Source: Prorocentrum cordatum
Lineage: Eukaryota
Direction: 5' to 3'
Length of the DNA: 53,633 nucleotides
Assembly (NCBI GenBank): GCA_963575745.1
Contig: CAUYUJ010000306.1
Location: 62,001 to 115,633, forward strand
Positions 20,030 through 30,738 of this stretch are shown piece after piece. The notes below the pieces were generated by a model that saw nothing but the letters and a program-made list of their open reading frames with translations, did not search any database and was not told the DNA's origin. The number at the start of each line of letters is the position of its first letter. Position 1 is the first letter of the stretch. The translations under genes were made by a program, and so were the position numbers.

Positions 20030-23000
20030 GAAGGTGTTGCATCCCTAAGTTCCTCGTCCCGACCGATCCCTGCCCTGGTGCCCCGGGCCTTCTTGTCGCC
20101 CTCGGTGGCCCGCGCCTGCCGCTCGGCGGCGAGGACGTGGCGCTCGGTGAGGCGGTTCTGGCGATCCAGGCGCTCGATGATCTGGGCTTCGGCCTCGGCT
20201 GCAAGCCCGCCCAGGGCGCCCGCCGCCCCGGCGTCGTCTGGACCCCCAGCTCGCTCCCCACCCAGGCCGCCCCCGTGGGCCGTCTGGCCAGTGAGGTGGC
20301 CAAGGACCGAGGCCCCGTCGAGGAGCGGGTTGGCCCCACGAGCGGCCCCCCCGCGTCCATCGCGTGCCGACAGGCCCCGATCACCCAGCAGGCCCCGTCG
20401 TGGGCCCGTGGGTTGGATGGGGGGCATGGCCCCGAAGAGCTCGCGTCGGGGCCCCTGCTTCGGGCTGGGATCCCGTCCCCGCGCCGAGCGACTCCGCGAC
20501 CCCTCGCGTGAGAGGCTGCCCTGCAGGGGAACCTTGTCGGCGGCCGCAGCACGCTCCCGCGCGCGCGCTTCCAGCTGCGCATCCTCCAAATCCGCGAGGG
20601 CGCGCTCCAGATCGGACCCCAGTGGGCCCGCCGCTGCCACCTGTGCGACTCTCCGCCGCAGCTGCCGTTCCGCCTGATCAAGCGGAACCCCGAGCAGGTC
20701 CGCGGTCATACCTAATGCGCTGAGGGCCGCCGCTTGGCCCCCCCGTCCTTTGAGATCCTCGGCTCGCAAGGAATCCATGAATACTTCGAGGGGGTCGGGC
20801 TCCTCAGCGTCCTCGCTCACGCCGGCGGCGGCCGCCGCCAAGCGCGACGGTGCCGCCACGGGGGCTGGGCGGGGCAGGCCCTCCATCCCGGGCGCAGGCT
20901 GCGCCCCCTGCGCGCCGCCCCGCCGATGGTGGCCGAGTGTGCGCACAGGGTCGTGCTGCAGCTGCTGGCGCTCCGTGTTTGTCAGGTAGCGCCGCCTCCA
21001 GCCGCTCGCGCTTTCCACGCCCACACCGTCCCACTGCTCCTGGCGTAACATCGCCAGCAGATCCTGCGGGATGCGGTGGGCGATGACACGCAACCCCACT
21101 TCCCGCGCGCCCTGGGGGACCTCGTACAGCAGCCGATTGATCCAATCTATCGGGTAGCGCCCGTCCTCCAGCGGAGGGGGGTGCCGTACGACCTCGCTGG
21201 CTGGGACCTCCACCCTGACGCCCTCGAGGCTAGTCCCGATGATAAGTCGTGCGTCCCCGCCAGTGCCCCGTACGTCGAGCCCCTCGCATTCTCCCAATAG
21301 AATATACCAAGGACTCGCCGGGGGCGCGCCGTACGCCTCCTCGGCTCCCCGAGGGTCGCCCGGGAGTATCGGGCAGACCTTCACGAGTAAGGGCTCCTGA
21401 AGCCACCCGTGATGGGCGATCCGATCGCCCGGGGCTCCGCGGTCGGCAGACCGTGAGCGTCCGCTGGCCCTTGCTTCCGCGGAGCGTGTGCGACGCGGCT
21501 GCGGCCCAGAGGCTAGGGCCTGCACCCCCGAGGGCTCCACATCGACGGATGGGGCCACGGCGGGCGGTGGCGGTGCAGCGGGCGGGGGGTAGACCGGCCC
21601 GGGCGCTATGCCAACCCCATCGGCGGCATGCGCGGTCCAATCGCGCGCCCTGGCGGGGCTTGGAGCCCGCACCCGCATGCGGCGGCGCAGGCCCCCGAGG
21701 ATCCCAGGTTGGACCGTCGCTTCGACGCGCACGGTGTGACCCTCGTCCCGTCGGAGATGTTCCCCGCACATCGGGGCCCCCCCGCAGCTACCCTTCGCCA
21801 TGCGGAGACAAGTGGGGAGGCTGCACTTGCGGCCGATCAGGGTAGACCGATACTTCTGCGCATGGTGGGCGCAGAGGTGCACCTGTGCATTGAGACAATG
21901 CCCCGGCCGGGGGACGTCCGACACCTCCGCGTCCTCCTGTAGCAGAACAGTAGCCTCCTGCATCCCTCGGTCGCCGCACCCCTCCGGCTGGAGGGGGCGT
22001 GCGCCACCCGCGAGCTGCACCCCAACTTGTGCGGCTTGGCAGGGGCGCTCCTCCGCCTCCACCTCGCTCTCCGAATCGATGTCCAGGCGGCGATAACCCG
22101 TGGCGTCGGTGATGTAGCGGGGCTCCGGCCGGCCCCGGCACAGCCATCCAAGTACCGACCAGGGTGAGCAAAGCAACCACTTGAGGACCCCGAATACCTT
22201 CCGGAGTCCCACGCCGACTGCCCGGCAGGCTGTGGCCTTTCCGTGCTCAGCCAAGTCCACGATCTGTGTGTGGTCAATGGCCGCGTACTGGTCGACATGC
22301 ATGGGATGCGCCACTGGACAGGAGGCGCACTCGACGGCACGGCATAGATGCACGTTCCCTGTCTCCTCGAGGTTCAGCCGCCACTTGCGACTGGTGCACC
22401 CCAGTACCTGCCCGATCTTGATGTTGAGCCCGTGGCGGTCCAGTCGGTACCGGTCCGCGAAGTTGCAGCTGATGCGGGCCACCTGCCCGTGCTTCCGCAG
22501 AAGCACGTGGTTGTACGCCCGATTGGTCCCTCGGCCGCGGACCCCCTTTGTGTAGAACTCCGTCTCCACCACGCCTCCCAAGCCCGGCCCGCGCCAGCGC
22601 ACCAGCAAGGGAGTCGGAGGGGGTGGGGGCAGATGGGCGCCGGGCCCATCGCCTCCGCGTCGCTGGCAGCACCGGGTAATCTGGTACCACGCCCAGCGGA
22701 GTCCCCCGGCTGCCCAGAGCATAGGCTGGGCTGCGGTGTTGACGATGAAGGCCAGGGCACCCAACACGAACGTGAAGATGCCTAGGGAAAAGCATAGGAC
22801 CGCGGTCTCCCACCAGTACCCAAGCATATTAACGCCCAGGCGGTCGACGGCGGATCCAATCCATCCGCCACTCGTGCGGATCGTGCCCGCGTGGTCGGGG
22901 GAGCTTACCCACGCTCCGTAGCCCACGAACTCGAAGACCCAGGCTGCGAATCCCCAACCGGGACCCAGCCCCGCCTCCGGGGGCGGGGTAGGTGGCGGCG

Positions 23001-23538
23001 GAGGCGGTGGGGGCACGTTCCGGCCAGCCCACCAATGGGGCAGGTGCGGGACCCAACCACTCCACCCCCAATACCCGTCCAGCCCGCGCGGCGGGTCAGG
23101 CTCGCCATCGCCCGTCCGGTTTCCCGGGGCGGACGGCTGCCCAGGCGCACCCGTGGGCTCGTTGTTACCTCCGTATGCCGGCGTAGCTGGGCTGCCCGTG
23201 GGCTCGCCCTCGCCTACGCGCCCGATGCCCGCGGGCGTGGTCGTTGTAGTCGACCCTGACCGCGGCGGCACAGGGACGCCCGGCGTCCCCGGGGGCTTGG
23301 CCTGCGGCCCTCGCCCCTTTCCCCCTGCAGGCGCGGGCTTGGCGGGCGGTCCTCGCCCCTTGCCTCCCCCCCCACCGCCTGCCGGCAGCGCTGTCGGCCC
23401 GGGCAGGGCTGGCGGCGTCGGTGCTGGGACCTCCTGTCCCCCGCGCCCGAACGGCAGCCAGCCAAGCGCCCCTTGGACCGTGAGAGCACCGCCCGTAACC
23501 AAGATCATCAGGTGTGCTCCCAGGAAGCCCACAGCCAT
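19702..23538 (-). CDS. Retroelement ORF1 / N-terminal polyprotein part with hydrophobic (putative TM) segments, Cys/His clusters and coiled coil; probably meaningful only to about 20045, then shifted into the pol frame
   Basis: 1278-aa ORF whose ATG is 74 nt inside A1. Hydrophobic stretches MAVGFLGAHLMILVTGGALTVQGALGWL and AVLCFSLGIFTFVLGALAFIV; Cys/His clusters HLCRAVECASCPVAHPMH and HLCAHH..CSLPTC..CGEH. Confidence 0.75.
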   Translation of the reverse strand: MAVGFLGAHLMILVTGGALTVQGALGWLPFGRGGQEVPAPTPPALPGPTALPAGGGGGGKGRGPPAKPAPAGGKGRGPQAKPPGTPGVPVPPRSGSTTTTTPAGIGRVGEGEPTGSPATPAYGGNNEPTGAPGQPSAPGNRTGDGEPDPPRGLDGYWGWSGWVPHLPHWWAGRNVPPPPPPPPTPPPEAGLGPGWGFAAWVFEFVGYGAWVSSPDHAGTIRTSGGWIGSAVDRLGVNMLGYWWETAVLCFSLGIFTFVLGALAFIVNTAAQPMLWAAGGLRWAWYQITRCCQRRGGDGPGAHLPPPPPTPLLVRWRGPGLGGVVETEFYTKGVRGRGTNRAYNHVLLRKHGQVARISCNFADRYRLDRHGLNIKIGQVLGCTSRKWRLNLEETGNVHLCRAVECASCPVAHPMHVDQYAAIDHTQIVDLAEHGKATACRAVGVGLRKVFGVLKWLLCSPWSVLGWLCRGRPEPRYITDATGYRRLDIDSESEVEAEERPCQAAQVGVQLAGGARPLQPEGCGDRGMQEATVLLQEDAEVSDVPRPGHCLNAQVHLCAHHAQKYRSTLIGRKCSLPTCLRMAKGSCGGAPMCGEHLRRDEGHTVRVEATVQPGILGGLRRRMRVRAPSPARARDWTAHAADGVGIAPGPVYPPPAAPPPPAVAPSVDVEPSGVQALASGPQPRRTRSAEARASGRSRSADRGAPGDRIAHHGWLQEPLLVKVCPILPGDPRGAEEAYGAPPASPWYILLGECEGLDVRGTGGDARLIIGTSLEGVRVEVPASEVVRHPPPLEDGRYPIDWINRLLYEVPQGAREVGLRVIAHRIPQDLLAMLRQEQWDGVGVESASGWRRRYLTNTERQQLQHDPVRTLGHHRRGGAQGAQPAPGMEGLPRPAPVAAPSRLAAAAAGVSEDAEEPDPLEVFMDSLRAEDLKGRGGQAAALSALGMTADLLGVPLDQAERQLRRRVAQVAAAGPLGSDLERALADLEDAQLEARARERAAAADKVPLQGSLSREGSRSRSARGRDPSPKQGPRRELFGAMPPIQPTGPRRGLLGDRGLSARDGRGGAARGANPLLDGASVLGHLTGQTAHGGGLGGERAGGPDDAGAAGALGGLAAEAEAQIIERLDRQNRLTERHVLAAERQARATEGDKKARGTRAGIGRDEELRDATPSWLRPARGLRGRTCSTLSSACVRTPRALSRRSGFPAWLPAVWRTATRRSPSGRALTTWRWTTASPRVTRTSMAIGSLWTTSWSPASGPPPTWRPGLRGPGARSRCSSPS

Positions 23539-23611
23539 GGCACCACAGGCGCGCTACCTAGTCCGCGGACCAGCACGGCTGTGGTTATGGCCGCCCCGCG
23601 GCCCCCTGGAA

Positions 23612-23716
23612 CACCCGCGCGTTGGCCAGAGCCGAACGCTACGGACCCAAAATGGCTACCTGAGCCCACACCCCCTCCCACTTAACCTGCAGTCTACAAC
23701 CAATCAGACTATACAA
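23612..23716 (-). repeat. Terminal repeat A1 (105 bp) of the YR retroelement
   Basis: cacccgcgcg...cagactatacaa matches 8501-8605 with one mismatch seen (gttgg vs gtcgg). Confidence 0.95.
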
Positions 23717-24154
23717 TCCTCCTCCTCCTCATCCTCCTCATCATCATCACCACCATCATCATCACCACCATCATCATGGTTTCTTGTTGAGTATCCCTTT
23801 TCTCCTCACCTCCTCCTCCTCGTCCTCCTCTTCGTCTGCCTCCTCCTGCACAGCATCTCCGCTATCCTCTTCCTCCGTTCCCTTCCTCCTCCTCCTCCCT
23901 CCTTCCCTTCCTCCTCCTCTTCCTCCTCCTCCTACTCCTGCTCTTTCTCCTCCTCCTCCTCCTCCCACTCCTCCTCCTCCTTCTCATTATTGTCCTCCTC
24001 TTGTCCGGGAGCGTCCGAAAGCCCTCCTTCCGAAAGCATATAAATATGCACATACATATGCACGTACATATGTACATATATACAGCTTACATATATACAT
24101 ATATATGCACATATATGCATACTTATACATAGTTAAACATATGTATGTTCATAT

Positions 24155-25848
24155 GTGTAGACATGTATACCTATGCGTGTGTATGAAAATGCCTGCACAT
24201 TAATGTGTTTGTACATATGTATGATACCAGAGAAAAGCCAGTCAACATCTTTTGAGGGCTGTAGGGCTATGGGGCTATTTGGCTATAGGGCTGTAAGGCT
24301 ATATGGCTATTGGGCTATAGGGCTATAGGGCTATAGGGCTATAGGGCTATAGGGTTATATTTAGGGCTATACGGCTATAGGGCTATGGGGCTACTATAAG
24401 GCTATAAGGCTATAAGGCTATGCGGCTATAGAGTTACCAGGAACCTGGGCACCAGGGCACCCGGGCACCAGGGCACCCCCGGGCCCCCGGGCACGCGGGC
24501 ACCCGGGCTTGCCGCCGAAACTGGCGCCATACCTCACCTAAGTACACGAATCTGGTAGGACCCCCACAGAGGCAAGCTCTGATTGGGGAATATGTATTTG
24601 CGTGTATCTATCTGTATAAGGGTCTGTGCATCCCTCTATGTGTCCCAGCTTGTCTCTCTATAAATGAATACATGCATACATGCATACATGCATACATGCA
24701 TACATGCATACATACATACATACATACATACATACATACACATAGATAGACAGGCAGGCAGACAGACTCACAGACAGGCATGCATGTATGCAGACATACA
24801 TACATACGTACCTGCATACATACACACATACATACATGCATGCATGCATGCATGCATACATACATGCAAACATGCACACACGCACATACAAACATAAATA
24901 CGTATGTACATGTATACGTAGATACATACATACAGATATACATGCATACATTCATGCATACAGGCAGACAGAAAGGAAGACAGACAGACAGACAAGACAT
25001 GCATGCATACATGCATGCATTCGTACATGTAGACCCGCATACATGCGCGCATGCATGTATGCATACATGCATGCATGCAAACACGCAGACACATATATTG
25101 ATACATGTATAAGCACATGCATACCTACTTATACACATGCCTGCAATACTATATGCATGCAAACATACATACATACACACATACATGCATACATATATAC
25201 ATACATACGTACATACATATATATGTATACATGCATGCTTGCGTACTCGCATACCTACATATAGGCATACATAAATACATGCAAACATATATACATATAT
25301 ATATGTACATACATACATGAACAACTACGTGTGTGTATATATATATATATATGTACACATACGAATATACCTGCACACATCTATAAGAGAGGCCCGTGCT
25401 TATTTCTCGATTATGCTCCAACCTACCTCATCTCTCCAACCTTCTCCTTCCTCCTATTCCTCATCCTCAACACCCTTTCCCTTCCCTCCTCCCTCCTCCT
25501 CCTCCTCCTCCTATTCCTTATCCTCACCCTCATCCTCCTCATCATCATCAGCATCATCATCACCACCATCATCATCTCCACCATCATCCTGGTTTCTTGT
25601 TGAGTACCCCTTTTCTCCTCACCTCCTCCTCCTCCTCCTCCTCCTCCTCCTCCTCGTCCTCCTCTTCGTCTGCCTCCTCCTGCACAGCATCTCCACAATC
25701 CTCTTCCTCCGTCCCCCTCCCCTTCCTCCTCCCTCCTTCCCCTCCTCCTCCTCCTCCTCCTACTCCTGGTCTTTCTCCTCCTCCTCCTCCCTCTCAGTCT
25801 TGTCCTCCTCCTCCTGTCCGGAAACGTCCGGAAGCCTTCCTTACGAAA
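24155..25848. repeat. Host composite repeat copy 2 (uninterrupted; contains the empty insertion site)
   Basis: caacaccctttcccttccctcctccctcc|tcctcc...ggtttcttgttgagta is contiguous here. Confidence 0.85.
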
Positions 25849-26910
25849 ACTTCGAGAACCTTTCGACGACCTGCGCGGAAACTCGCTGTCGCCTACGGAG
25901 CGCCCAGGCCTCGCCCAGCGAGGACGAAGACGTGCTCGTCTCGAGGTGCCCGTCGTCGGGCGCGCCTCCGCCTGGCGCGGCCGTTGGAGCCTTCCGCTGC
26001 GCCAGCCCATCCTGCCTGCTCCTCCTCCTCCTCCTCCTCCTCCTCCTCCTCCTCCTCCTCCTCCTCCTCCTCCTCCTCCCTCCTCCTCCTCCTCCTCCTC
26101 CTCCCCCCCTCCTTCTCCCCCGGCCACCTCCTACGCCTCCTCTCCTCGTCGATGTGTTTCTCCCCGTCCTCCTGCTCGACATCCTCCTGTTCCTATTGGT
26201 GGCATTGATAATCCGAACCTTCCTCGCAAAAGCTGAAATAATCCAACAGCTTACAGGATGGAGGACCTGTGGTTTTCAAAATGCTGTCCTCGCCGTAGCG
26301 CCGCTCACACTCGGGCAATTCTCAAAATGCACCTCTCGTCTTAGCGCCGCGCACCTTCGTATAAAAAATTACAACACCTCCGAAGATGGAGGGCGGCTCG
26401 TCTTCAAAATGTTGCTCTCGTCGTAACGCCGCGCACATTCGTTGTAAAAACTTGCGTCCGGTACAAAAATGGAGACGAGTCCCTTCTCACATTGGGGCTC
26501 TCGTCTGGGACTTGTTCAAAGTTGGCAGTATGCCGCAGCCGCACGTGTGGCTGGCAGCTCATTTTTTCAAAGTGTGGATGTCGTTTGGATACTCCTCCAG
26601 CTTACTGGCCAAAGGTACAATACGGCGCAGCAATTCACGAATGTGGGGCAGTTCCTTTTCAGAACGGTCCCCTCGCTGAACACCACATCTGCTTTGAGTG
26701 AGGCTGCTTCCTCACATTCCTTATCACTCGCTGGAAAGATGCAAGCTAAGTCCCTTTCAAGACAGGCCTCTCGCCCGAATGGCCGTTCGATAAGGTGTTC
26801 GTATTTCAAAAGGGCGCGCCCCGCAGTGAGAAGGAAGGCGTGTAGGACCTTATGAAGACGGGGTTTGGAACGGAAGGGTGTGTTGAAGCATCGTTGACGC
26901 ATCCTGGGTT

Positions 26911-27060
26911 TACTCGAATCCTCGTCCTTCTCCTCTTCCTCCGCATCTGCCTCCCCGCCCTCCCCCTCTCCGTTGTCCGTCCCCTCCCACTCCTCGTCCG
27001 TACGCTATCCTCCTGCCCCATCCTTATCATCCGACCCCCCCACACACACAAATACAAACA
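26911..27060 (+). repeat. Dispersed pyrimidine-rich repeat ending in (CA)n; second copy at 30368-30734
   Basis: Shared tactcga..cctcg.cctt..gttgtccgt.ccctcccactcctcg.ccgtacgcta..catccgaccc, then a CA tract. Confidence 0.7.
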
Positions 27061-27972
27061 CTTTCTGCGTCGGCGGCTAGGCAGAGTGACTGCGCTGGCG
27101 GAAAGAGCGTGTGTAGGACATGCGGATGCGAATTGGACCGCGGTGCACGAAGAGGGGGGGGGAGAGGAAGCCCGGCGCGGGCGGGGGAAGAGGGGAGGCC
27201 GGGCCCGCTCAGGGCGGCGCCAGGCCGCGGCAGGGGCAGCGCCGGGGCGGCGGGAGGGCGGCGGCCGCGAGCGGCCGAGGGCCGGCAGCGAGGAGGCGGC
27301 CGAGCCAGGCGGAGGGGGGACACGGGCCCGGCAGGAGCTGGGGGCGGGCAGCGCAGCGGGGCGGCCGTGTGCCGAGGGCGGTGCGACCTCCAGGCGGCCC
27401 GGCGGCGGCCAGAGAAGACCACCTCAGGAGAGGGGCCGGGGGTCGCTGGGGGAGGATCCCAGCAGGATGGAGAAGAAGGCGATGGCAGGCGGAGGCGCCG
27501 AGACTCGAAGGACCTGCCAGGCGCCAGGCGCGCGGCTGGCCGAGACACCCCAGGAGGGGCGGAAGGGGCCAGGGCGGGGCGGAGCAGCAAGGCGGGGTGG
27601 GCCCCCCGTCGTAGCCGACGTGGGGGCACGCCGGTCTGGCCTGAAGACCAGGCAAAGAGGAAGCTGGCAGGGTGCGAGGTCAGCCAGACACCCAGAGCCG
27701 AAGGGAGCCTGGCGGAACGGGCAAGACTAGTAAGGGGCCGAGGGAAGGAGGCCACGGGCGAAATCCCGTCCGAAAACCTGCCGAAGGCCGGCGATCCAAC
27801 CTGCCAGGGCAAGGGATGCAGCGGCGGGGGCAGGGGTCTCCCCCAGGAGCGGGGACAGCGCCGAAGCGGCTGCCGCGCCAGGGAACGTGGCAGCGAGGGC
27901 GCGCGGAATCCAGGGGCGAGCGGCCAGTGGCGGCTGGAGGACCCCGACCAGCGCTGCAGGGCGGGGTCGTTG

Positions 27973-29740
27973 CTAAGCCAGGAGTGTCGGCAGGCGTTTG
28001 CCCTTGCCCTGGGGAGGGGGGCCTTTCCCTTTGCCCTTCCCGCTCTGGAAACTGAGCCGCCTCTTTTCCATCTCCTGCTCCGATGAGGCGTCCCAGTCGA
28101 CGCAGATATGCTTGTTGCAGGAGAGGACCCGAACGTCAAAGTCGGCCTCGATGAGCTGGGTGCCGAAATCCTGGCAGAATTCGGGAGGGAGGCGGCCTGG
28201 GTCCCTGATGGACCCTGTCTGCCCCATTCTGTGGTCGCACATGGCGTCCCAGCCATTGGTCAACATGGGGCCACACTCCTTCTTGAGGCGATTGACCACT
28301 TCCTGCCAGTTCTCCTTGCGCTGGGCAGGATAGTCCCATCTGGGGCGCCAGGAGATGGACTGGCGCGGCTTGTTGTACAGCCTGTCATTGGGGTTCCAGT
28401 GGGGAGCGTAGTCACGAGGCAGGATTGGCGTGCGGCGAGGGGGGCTGGCCTGGCGCCAGGGGTGGGACACGTTCCCTCGCCTCCGTCCCGCGGCCACTCC
28501 CCGGGGCTCCCGGGCTGTGGTGTTCGAAGGTGCGGGGAGCCTTTCGCACGGGTGCATCGTCGTCTCCTCCAGGCGCGCCGCCGTCGGACTGTTCGGCTCG
28601 TAGCTCTGGCCCGCGCTCGGGGCTTGGTCCTGGAGGTCCGCCAGCAGGACGGCGTGGGGACCCGCGTGGGCTGGGCGGAGCTGCATCGGTGTTCTGGATG
28701 GACGGGCTGCCCAGGGGTTGCGGCCCTGGGGGCCCGCTCCAGTCGCAGCTGGCCGAGCTGGAGCGGGAACGCGCCGCTGGGGGCGGGTTGGGGGACCGGC
28801 TGGCCTGCCGACGAGTAGCCGTCCCCGGGGCGCCGCTCGAGGTCCCTCTCTGCTGCACGCGCCCACTTCCGCCGGTGCCGAGGGGTGTCGCGCTGGTCCC
28901 GCGCGCGCTTGGGGCAGGGCTGCCGTCGGCCTGCTTGCGAACGTCACGCTGCGGGGGCGCGGGAGGCGGGGGTAGTCCGAGTCTCTCGGCGGGTGCACCT
29001 GCAGGTTCGGTAGAGCCACTGCTCCTCCTCCTCCTGCTCCTTCTCCTGCTCCTCCTCCTCCTCCTCCTCCTCCTCCTCCTCCTCCTCCTCCTCCTCCTCC
29101 TCCTCCTCCTCCCTCCTCCTCCTCCTCCTCCTCCTCCTCCTCCTCCTCCTCCTCCTCCTCCTCCTCCTCCTCCTCCTCCTCCTCCTCCTCCTCCTCCTCC
29201 TCCTCCTCCTCCTCCTCCTCCTCCCGCTGGGCCCGCGGGTCGCCGCCGTTCCCGTGCCCTGGGACGGGGCAGGGGTACTGTTGGCAGAGGCGCTGCCACA
29301 GCGACGGGGGAGAAAGGTCTGGTCTCCTTCGTGCGCCTGCCGGCTCGAAACTGGCTGCCCGGGGGTCCTGCAGGTTGCTGATGTGCCTCGAAGCCAGGTA
29401 GCCGAGCAAGACTAGGGGGCCACATGCGAACCCTACCCATGCCCCCCACGATTTCTGAGGGGCAGGGTGGGGTTCACTCCGCTCGGGAGCTCCCGAGCGA
29501 GGCGAACCCCACCCTCCCCCTCGGAAATCGTGGGGGGCAAGGGTAGGGTTCGCACGTGGCCCCCTAAAGACGTCCTGGCTGTGCCGCGCAGGATCGCGTC
29601 CTTTCTTGCTGGTCCGGGGGTCGTGAGTCTGCCAGCACCTGTCCCATTCGTCAGATCCGCTGGGGCCCCGGGAGGAGGGACGTCGTCGCTGGCCGTGTAG
29701 GTGGCTTACCAGCTGAGCCAGGGAGGCGTGCCTACCGTCC
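27973..29740 (-). other. Probable coding fragments of unknown function with two related W..RDP-x-R motifs, interrupted by a MITE and (GGA)n
   Basis: WDAMCDHRMGQTGSIRDPGRLPPEFCQDF (about 28170-28255) and WDRCWQTHD..KGRDPARHSQDVLLGYL (about 29390-29650 after MITE removal). Confidence 0.4.
29413..29566. mobile_element. 154-bp palindromic MITE (family 1) with 5-bp TSD AAGAC
   Basis: TAGGGGGCCAC...GTGGCCCCCTA, self-complementary about GGGAGCTCCC; AAGAC at 29408-29412 and 29567-29571. Confidence 0.9.
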
Positions 29741-30598
29741 CATTCGGATGTCCTCAGGGAATCCTGAGGGAGGGAGGGCCTCGCCGTAAATGGTTGTGAG
29801 AAAGTGCTGGCAGCTGGGCTCGGTCCATGCCTTGGGGGAGGAGGAGGAGGAGGAGGAGGAGGAGGAGGAGGAGGAGGAGGAGGAGGAGGAGGAGGAGGAG
29901 GGGAGGAGGAGGGAGGATGCGCGATGCTCGAACGTCCAAATCCTCCAAGCCTCGTCGATCTGGGGTGACAGTGAGCGGGCGTCGGCAACCGTGATGTGGG
30001 CGATGGTGTTGTCAGCCTCCCCGGCTGTGCGCGCCGGGTCAATGTGCCCAGTGCTCCTCCTCCTCCTCCTCCTCCTCCTCCTCCTCCTCCTCCTCCTCCT
30101 CCTCCTATTTACCCTCCTCCTCCTCCTCATCATCTTCATCATCATGTGTATCTTTCTTCTCCCCACTTCCAGCTCGGCGATCTTCCTTGCCTTGAGGGGT
30201 GGGCAGGCGGGAGGGGCAGCTTCGGGAAGGGCGTCCAGGAGACTGCTGGGGGGCCGTGGGGGCGGCGTCGGCGGCCTGTCCTGTGCCCCAACCGTCCTTC
30301 CCTTCAGCTGACGCGGGACGGCTGGTCCTGGGCGGCAGGGATGCTGCGAGGCCGCGGCTGGCGTGCCTACTCGAGGCCTCGCCCTTCTGCTCGTCCTCCG
30401 CCTCTTCCGCCCCGCCCTCCCCCTGTATGTTGTCCGTGCCCTCCCACTCCTCGCCCGTACGCTACACTCCTGCCCCTCCTCGCCATCCGACCCACACACA
30501 CACACACAAACAAACAAACAAACAAACAAACAAACAAACAAACAAAAACACACGCACAAACACAAGCACAAGCACAAGCACACACACACACACACACA

Positions 30599-30655
<57 letters not shown>

Positions 30656-30688
30656 AAACACACACACACAGACACAAGCACACACAAG

Positions 30689-30738
<50 letters not shown>

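Larger units (their letters stand above)
8255..23716 (-). mobile_element. Full-length tyrosine-recombinase (DIRS-order, Ngaro/PAT-type split-direct-repeat) retrotransposon, frameshifted copy
   Basis: In element sense: A1 (23716-23612), ORFs, B1 (8815-8606), A2 (8605-8501), 36-bp spacer, B2 (8464-8255). RT, RNase H and YR motifs lie between. The two flanks rejoin into the host repeat seen intact at about 25470-25510. Confidence 0.93.

Noticed and set aside
20038..20052. CTT-AGG at the ORF1/pol junction resembling the Ty1 +1 frameshift site
   Set aside because: A +1 shift leads to GMQHLRG-stop; the pol frame is -1 and is preceded by TAG. A small deletion is the simpler explanation.
29413..29566. 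Family 1 MITE as a TA-TSD Stowaway element or as an introner
   Set aside because: Both full copies have 5-bp duplications outside the TA. I found no GT/GC/GA-AG pair at the ends that removes exactly 159 nt.
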